NCBI GenBank assembly: GCA_030141605.1
Contig: JAQGDQ010000600.1
Span: 67,768 to 131,767 of the forward strand
From: Tubiluchus corallicola
Taxonomy: Eukaryota; Animalia; Priapulida
Direction: 5' to 3'
DNA: 64,000 nt
Part shown: in pieces, positions 55,986-64,000 of the stretch
Position numbering within the stretch: the stretch's first letter is position 1
How the letters are laid out: every line of letters starts with the position of its first letter
The notes under the pieces: generated by a model
The model's database searches: none
Told to the model about the DNA's origin: nothing
Seen by the model: only the letters and a program-made list of their open reading frames with translations
Position numbers and translations under genes: made by a program

Positions 55986-56240
55986 CATGGCCTATTTCAG
56001 CCTAGGCGAGGTCCGGGGAAGTGGGGCGTGTGAGGCCCCATCGGGGGGGGGAGCGCCGGGGGCGGGCGCTACCGTGGTTGGCGCCCAGAAAATTTTTGAA
56101 CTGCTAGAACGCCGGAGAAGCATTTTCGAAGAGAAAATATGGAGTTATACAGTTGTTAAAGGAAAGAACAATTGAAAGAAAAACTGCTTTTTATTCTCAA
56201 GACCAGTCCCTAATACTTGTCAATACTGGCAAACGGCGCG

Positions 56241-56287
<47 letters not shown>

Positions 56288-56366
56288 GCAGTACCTTGGC
56301 GCGAGGCCCCCTGAAGGGTGAGGCCCCGGGGAAGTATCTCCACTCCCCCCCTTGAAATAGGCCATG
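55986..56366. mobile_element. hAT-type MITE (nested; inverted copy of 36266-36661)
   Basis: Perfect TIR CATGGCCTATTTCA; 8-bp TSD TTCGCGCC. Confidence 0.92.
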
Positions 56367-56592
56367 TTCGCGCCTCTTTTGAATTAGCACCTCAAAGATT
56401 TCAAACAAATGACCATTGATGACTTAATTAAATGTAATATAAACATATTCGTGCACAAAACTCACTACAAATCTCGGCCATCGTTTTTCGTTAATCTTCT
56501 TAATCTTAATCAAACACAATACAATACTAGATTTGACGAGTATCAAGTTGTCCGATGTAAGACTAATGTTGCGTTTCATGTTACTAATGTTA

Positions 56593-56984
56593 CATTTCAT
56601 CTCATTTATTGGTCCTACCATTTCATCTCATTTATTGGTCCTACCATTTCATCTCATTTATTGGTCCTACCATTTCATCTCATTTATTGGCCCTATCATT
56701 TCATCTCATTTATTGGTCCTACCATTTCATCTCATTTATTGGTCCTACCATTTCATCTCATTTATTGGTCCTACCATTTCATCTCATTTATTGGTCCTAC
56801 CATTTCATCTCATTTATTGGTCCTACCATTTCATCTCATTTATTGGTCCTACCATTTCATCTCATTTATTGGCCCTACCATTTCATCTCATTTATTGGTC
56901 CTACCATTTCATCTCATTTATTGGTCCTACCATTTCATCTCATTTATTGGTCCTACCATTTCAGCTCAATTATTGGTCCTACCA
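56593..56984. repeat. 26-bp minisatellite (~15 copies)
   Basis: Unit CATTTCATCTCATTTATTGGTCCTAC. Confidence 0.95.
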
Positions 56985-58480
56985 TGTGGAACAAAACACC
57001 TGCAAATATTAAGTCAATTTCGTCGTTACCAAGATTCGAAAAAGTTTGAAAACTTCATTCTTAAATTCATATTAAAATTTCAGCTTGTATAGGGAAAATA
57101 GGTTATGTCCTTGTGGGGACATTCAAACTGAGAAACACGTTATACAGACATGCCCCCTAACATCAAATATTTGAAACCGCTACGACAATGTAAACTTTGC
57201 TGATTTAACTCACTTCTTTGAGCACGCTAATTGTTATATAATATGTTATGAAATTTTGCAACTTTTATGCTGATGTACCTTGTATGCATAACATTGTTTT
57301 TAATGCTATAACCTTGAGTAGGAAATGTACGTAAAGTGACATTTGGACTAAAATCACTAATGTATCGATTGTGGCATTTACCTCGTTCCTCTTGTATACA
57401 TGTAACTTGTTTTAGTCAATAAACTACATACATACATATAGTATAAATATGATGCATGTTCAGATTCACGGTAAGCGATAGACTGACCCATAATGTACTT
57501 CTGTTCATAAATGTTGATATATTTTTGTGATGTCCTAATAGCAGTCTCATATTCACTCTCATTCACATCATTTCACTTACTTAATCCTACTAATTCCCAT
57601 CTCCTGCACTCTCCACTATCATTCCATCATTTTTACCTTCCCTTTTTGCACCCTAAGACCAGCACCATTAATTGCATTACGGTCACAAAAGTAATGCCTC
57701 TGACTATAATGCAAGCTGCAATTTATATAGATGTCATACCATGTCGATTTTATTATGAAATTAATGTAACTCTTTGTACCGTGTTATCATAATGTATTTT
57801 GTTATATTGTATTGTTGTTTGATGTTTCCGTAATAAAATAAATAAAAAAGTAATTATCTACAGCTTGGGTTGATTTCATTTGAAATTGAATTTATGACCC
57901 ATTGTACGTCCAGCCTCTCCAGGATCTATCAAATTTATGCAATTTTTATTACTCTTGATATGATTTCTCTCGTAATTCTTGTCAGATGGTTTTTCAAACC
58001 CTAAGTCTTCTTTTCAAGTATATGCATAAGTATATCCATTTCGCTAGCTCATCGCCTTCACAACCATAACTCTGGTCTGGTTGCAAGTACTTCATTGGTG
58101 GTTCTCTTTCCTGCTCACTTGCACTTTTTTACTTCTCGTTTCCGGTATTGCGCTCCTGAGGACATTTTCCAGAAATTGGCGCCCCCTAAACTTAGCGCCT
58201 AATGCCGCTGCCTGGTGGTAGAGCTGCCCCCGACAGCAGATTAAGGCTGAGACCTGCTTGTAAATAATGATCTTTCGACCCGATAACTACCTTGAAACTA
58301 ATTTTTTATTTATTGTAATGTAGTATACAATAGTATTTTCGAGCAGATATTTTTGTAGGAATCTAAATGTCCTTATGTGTTCTATATGACTTCTATACAG
58401 CAATAAAAATAATCTAATCTAATCTAATGTAAACGGATTTACAAGTTAAACAGTTTTTAGCTTCAACTGATAATCTAAAG

Positions 58481-58713
58481 TAATCTAATCTAATCTAATC
58501 TAATCTAATCTAATCTAATCTAATCTAATCTAATCTAATCTAATCTAATCTAATCTAATCTAATCTAATCTAATCTAATCTAATCTAATCTAATCTAATC
58601 AAATCAAATCAAATCAAATCTAATCTAATCTAATCTAATCTAATCTAATCTAATCTAACCTAACCTAACCTAATCTAACCTAATCTAATCTAATCTAATC
58701 TAATCTAATCTAA
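58481..58713. repeat. (TAATC)n pentanucleotide microsatellite
   Basis: Direct reading; includes AAATC and TAACC variants. Confidence 0.95.
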
Positions 58714-59944
58714 CAGATTTACAAATTAAACAGTTTTCAGCTTGACTGATAAAGTTTCGGCTTTAGTTTCTCTTTACTGATTAAAACGCATAGGTCTTTA
58801 GTCAGTCCGTCAGTTAGTCTGCTGTTATTCCTTAAAGATACGCGTTAGTTCAATATAAATTCGGTAGATGGCGACAAAGCGTGCAAGCAGGCAGTGCCAG
58901 TAATAATATTAATATGTATTGAGGCGTCTTACCCCAGAAATCAATTAAATCTGGTGCACTTTTAAATGATTTTTTCATTTTTAAGTTTGAATAATACATT
59001 TGCACGAAAGGTCTACATGTTTTGCATGGCATCTTAAATCATAAAAGGTCTATACATGTTAAGTCTTTAGGGCTTACATTATGTGACAAGCCAAATTTTT
59101 CAAAAGCATGTATTAATCTTAAAAAAGGAACATTAGCATATATACCAGATCTAAATGTAGGCTGCAGGCGCATCGCTGCACTTATTATTGTTATTACAAA
59201 TGAAGTTTTGCTATTATTCAAACAATGTGGCGACAGACGGACGCACATGCAAACTTTGTTGGTTGTTATTATACAGATTAACACTGTTCGATTAGGTTCA
59301 GGGCAAAGCAAGTACAGATAGCCTACATTTTACACTTCATTAGATGTACTATAATTTACACCCTCCCCCCACTTGCAATTTAGTCAATTCAGTTATCACT
59401 TACTAATGTGATTCAAACTTAACACACCACAAAGACTTTTATAATTTGAAGTAGTTACAGTTGGGCAGACTGCAAGCTTGAGTCCAGTGCTCATTGCAAA
59501 ACTTATTTAATGTGAATAGGTGTAGCAAAATCGGGATTTGGCTGACTGTCAAAGTTAATTCTCTAAGAAGAGACACTATGAATACATCCTGCTTCTATGA
59601 GGTAAACAGCCAGAATCGGCATGTTCAAACATCGTAAATAAGACCACCCAAAACGTGTGTTCAGATCTAATGGTCACCAGTCTGTTCAGTGACCAGCCTG
59701 CTTAACTTCGGTCGCAAAGCACACAACATGACCAAGTGGCAAATGAGTTTTCACTTAACAGTAAAATCGACAAAACTACTCGAAAATTTCTAAAAAAAAA
59801 TCAGTAGGGGTTTATTGCCAAAACGCACAAGTCATGAATATTAACAATCCACAAAATTAGACAGTACATGCACAATGATGCAACACTTCACTTACACAAT
59901 TGTGAATAATAAACTATATATAATATAACTATGTAATATATATA

Positions 59945-61005
59945 TACCTCGTTTTTATCTCGAATTATTGCTGAACACTAACATCACGAATTTGTATATT
60001 TTGAATTACCATTGAATAATAATATTAGTAAAACTCGTTTATCTCGAATTATCGTTGAATACTAACATCAGAAAAGCACGTATATTTCGAATTACTGTTG
60101 AATACTAACATCACCTAAGCACGTTTATTTCGAATTACTGCTGAATACTAACATCACAAAAGCACGTATATTTCGAATTACTGCTGAATACTAACGTCAC
60201 AAAAGCACGTATATTTCGAATTACTGCTGAATACTAACGTCACAAAAGCACGTATATTTCGAATTACTGCTGAATACTAACATCACAAAAGCACGTATAT
60301 TTCGAATTACTGCTGAATACTAACGTCACAAAAGCACGTATATTTCGAATTACTGCTGAATACTAACGTCACAAAAGCACGTTTATTTCGAATTACTGTT
60401 GATTTCTAACATCACAAAAGCACGTTTATTTCGAATTACTGTTGAATACTAACGTCAAAAAAGCACGTTTATTTCGAATTACTGTTGAATACTAACGTCA
60501 CAAAAGCACGTTTATTTCGAATTACTGTTGATTTCTAACATCACAAAAGCACGTTTATTTCGAATTACTGTTGAATACTAACATCAAAAAAGCACGTTTA
60601 TTTCGAATTACTGTTGAATCCTAACATCACGAAAGCGCGTTTCGAATTACTGCTGTACTAACGTCACAAAAGCACGTTTATTTCGAATTACTGCTGAATA
60701 CTAACAACAGAAAAACTCGTTTATTTCGAATTTTTGTTGAATGAAAACAATAAGAAAGCTCGTTTACCTCAAATTCTCACCAAATAACAATAGCAGAACA
60801 GCTTTATGTCGAATTATTGCTGAATAATAACATCAGAAAAACTTGTTTATTTCGAATTATCACTGAATAATAACATCAGGAAACCTGGTTTATTTCGAAT
60901 TATCACTAAATAATAACATCAGGAAAACTTGTTTATTTCGAATTATTGCTGAATAATAACATCGAGAAATCTGGTTTATTTCAACAATAATTGTTTATCT
61001 CGAAA
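59945..61005. repeat. 43-bp minisatellite (~24 copies)
   Basis: Unit GCACGT(A/T)TATTTCGAATTACTG(C/T)TGAATACTAAC(G/A)TCACAAAA; degenerate at both edges. Confidence 0.95.
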
Positions 61006-62458
61006 GTATTCAACTCATATCAAAAATCATTACAAGTGCTTAAAGGCAAAACAGACGGAAGTATATTTGCCCTGTTTCCACAGGTCTCAACGTGTGTAAA
61101 TTTAAAAATTCATGCTTTTCCACAATTTTCAAAAATCAGAACTTAGTAGTTTGCAAACAAATGCCAGTAAAACGAATGATAAAAACAAGCACACGCATTC
61201 ATTGCATAGATTTATGCACACTTATGTAACGACATGAATGGTAATTCAAATAAAAAATTAATGTAGGCCTATATTTAGCATTAGGTATACAAATCACGTA
61301 TAATTTGTTAAACATATAATAGGCTTAATAGATATTGGCAAACGTGACATCACCAAATTCAGTTTTTCCTGCTTCAGAACCTTTCGCCTCTCATGGTAGT
61401 AAGTAAGTAAGTAAGTAAGTCATTTATTTCAAAATTATTTATTTATTTCATGGATTTCGTATGTCGGCTGTAGCACCTGGTAGAGTCAAAACGTTTTTGA
61501 AAAAAATAAAGACTATTTTTTGAGACTTAAAAGACAATTTACTGTAATGACCACGCCAAGTCACAAAACAGCACTGTCTTAAATTCGGTTTAAAATTGGA
61601 CAATTGAGTTTAATATAAATTATATAATCACAAATAATTATTATTAACAGAACCTTAAACACAAACATTGAATTCTCTACTTAAATAGGTACGCAAATAA
61701 ACCAATTACATTTTAGCACTCAATAACTAAGTGGTTATAGTACCTTTCCTTATTGCGTCATTCTATACGTATAAAAAATACCAATTTCATGTAAAAATAG
61801 GGTCACATATATCAAGTGACTATTAGAGCAACAATTAATATACTTATAGTTAGTTTTAGCACATTCAGAGATTATGAAAAAAGTAAGATTAAATACAAAG
61901 GCAGCTTAGAAGTGGCAGTGTTTTACACAGAAATACAAACTCAAAAAATATTCGCGTTTTATAAGCCGTATAAAATCGGCAACAAAATCGACGTATAGGT
62001 TACATACCCTACTGCCATCTGCTGGGTGATAAAGTTTTAATTTTAAAGTTAAAGCAGTTACCGAGTTGTAACTAGAAGACTGTCGACTTTTATGCACATG
62101 TGGGTCAGTAAACAAAAGCTAACAAGTCAATCACTGATTACGCTCATAGTTGTAGCCCTGTTGCAAATGTTATCATTTGTCTTAAGCATTTACACCAGTG
62201 GTGTTATTTTTATGCTAAATAAAGATTCTTATATATTGTGCCACTAAAATAGATACTGAAGAACACGAATCAACAGGTAATTAGACAACTTTCCATGTAA
62301 ATGAAGAAGCAGTAGCCAATTAGTCAGTCATCTCCTGATTTTCCTGTACATGTAAGATATATAATAATAGGCCAACCACTCAGTTACTGTTTATCACTTA
62401 ATCAGTTACTCACTTTTATTCTGTCAAAGTAGCTGACTAGTTTCCTGTGTATTGTTGC

Positions 62459-64000
62459 GCTATTGTTTCGTATCCTACATGTTGAGGAAAGTCAGTAGTT
62501 GAGTTAGTTAGCTATTGTTTCGTATCCTACATGTTGAGGAAAGTCAGTAGTTGAGTTAGTTAGCTATTGTTTCATATCCTACATGTCGAGGAAAGTCAGT
62601 AGTTGAGTTAGTTAGCTATTGTTTCGTATCCTACATGTTGAGGTAAGTCAGTAGTTGAGTTAGTTAGCTATTGTTTCATATCCTACATGTCGAGGAAAGT
62701 CAGTAGTTGAGTTAGTTAGCTATTGTTTCATATCCTACATGTTGATGAAAGTCAGTAGTTGAGTTAGTTAGCTATTGTTTCGTATCCTACATGTTGAGGA
62801 AAGTCAGTAGTTGAGTAGTTAGCTATTGTTTCATATCCTACATGTTGAGGAAAGTCAGTAGTTGAGTTAGTTAGCTATTGTTTCATATCCTACATGTTGA
62901 GGAAAGTCAGTAGTTGAGTTAGTTAGCTATTGTTTCGTATCCTACATGTTGAGGAAAGTCAGTAGTTGAGTTAGTTAGCTATTGTTTCATATCCTACATG
63001 TTGAGGAAAGTCAGTAGTTGAGTTAGTTAGCTATTGTTTCATATCCTACATGTTGAGTAAAGTCAGTAGTTGAGTTAGTTAGCTATTGTTTCGTATCCTA
63101 CATGTTGAGAAAAGTCAGTAGTTGAGTTAGTTAGCTATTGTTTCATATCCTACATGTTGAGGAAAGTCAGTAGTTGAGTTAGTTAGCTATTGTTTCGTAT
63201 CCTACATGTTGAGAAGTCAGTAGTTGAGTTAGTTAGCTATTGTTTCATATCCTACATGTTGAGGAAAGTCAGTAGTTGAGTTAGTTAGCTATTGTTTCAT
63301 ATCCTACATGTTGAGGAAAGTCAGTAGTTGAGTTAGTTAGCTATTGTTTCGTATCCTACATGTTGAGAAAAGTCAGTAGTTGAGTTAGTTAGCTATTGTT
63401 TCATATCCTACATGTTGAGGAAAGTCAGTAGTTGACTAGTTAGCTATTGTTTAGTATCCTACATGTTGAGGAAAGTCAGTAGTTGAATTAGTTAGCTATT
63501 GTTTCATATCCTACATGTTGAGGAAAGTCAGTAGTTGAGTTAGTTAGCTATTGTTTAGTATCCTACATGTCGAGGAAAGTCAGTAGTTGAGTTAGTTAGC
63601 TATTGTTTCATATCCTACATGTTGATGAAAGTCAGTAGTTGAGTTAGTTAGCTATTGTTTCGTATCCTACATGTTGATGAAAGTCAGTAGTTGAGTACTT
63701 AGCTATTGTTTCATATCCTACATGTTGAGGAAAGTCAGTAGTTGAGTTAGTTAGCTATTGTTTCATATCCTACATGTTGAGGAAAGTCAGTAGTTGAGTT
63801 AGTTAGCTATTGTTTCGTATCCTACATGTTGAGGAAAGTCAGTAGTTGAGTTAGTTAGCTATTGTTTCATATCCTACATGTTGAGGAAAGTCAGTAGTTG
63901 AGTTAGTTAGCTATTGTTTCATATCCTACATGTTGAGGAAAGTCAGTAGTTGAGTTAGTTAGCTATTGTTTCGTATCCTACATGTTGAGGAAAGTCAGTA
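62459..64000. repeat. 52-bp tandem satellite running off the window end (>=29 copies)
   Basis: Unit GCTATTGTTTC(G/A)TATCCTACATGTTGAGGAAAGTCAGTAGTTGAGTTAGTTA. Confidence 0.97.

Larger units (their letters stand above)
55772..58232. mobile_element. Non-autonomous hAT element hosting a nested MITE and a minisatellite
   Basis: TIR CAGGGGCGGCTCTA/TAGAGCTGCCCCCG; TSD CCAGCAGA/ACAGCAGA (7/8). Confidence 0.6.

Noticed and set aside
58655-58685. TAACC (TTAGG) telomere-like units
   Set aside because: Only a few variant units inside a (TAATC)n microsatellite.

Overview
AT-rich, intron-containing animal (invertebrate) genomic DNA. Most ORFs in the supplied track are artefacts of microsatellites and minisatellites. 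I reconstructed five spliced genes by hand with consistent intron phases. (1) A secreted hyper-acidic Asp/Glu protein (+, 1609-6127). (2, 3) Two tandem-paralogous cytosolic sulfotransferases (-, 9951-17490 and 23726-33902; 6 coding exons each, 318 aa). (4) An LRAT/NC-domain (NlpC/P60-type) protein lying between them (+, 19937-23019). (5) An 11-exon mitochondrial-clan cytochrome P450 resembling CYP10 (-, 39450-52287). Introns and intergenic DNA hold many hAT, Tc1/pogo and Kolobok-like MITEs, LINE fragments, SINE relics and tandem repeats. The most notable signals are a short non-autonomous RTE family whose 5' end is a twister ribozyme starting at the predicted cleavage site, palindromic elements carrying Penelope-type minimal hammerhead motifs, and a possible P450 + sulfotransferase + acyltransferase small-molecule gene cluster. 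Family assignments come from recalled motifs; no database search was run.
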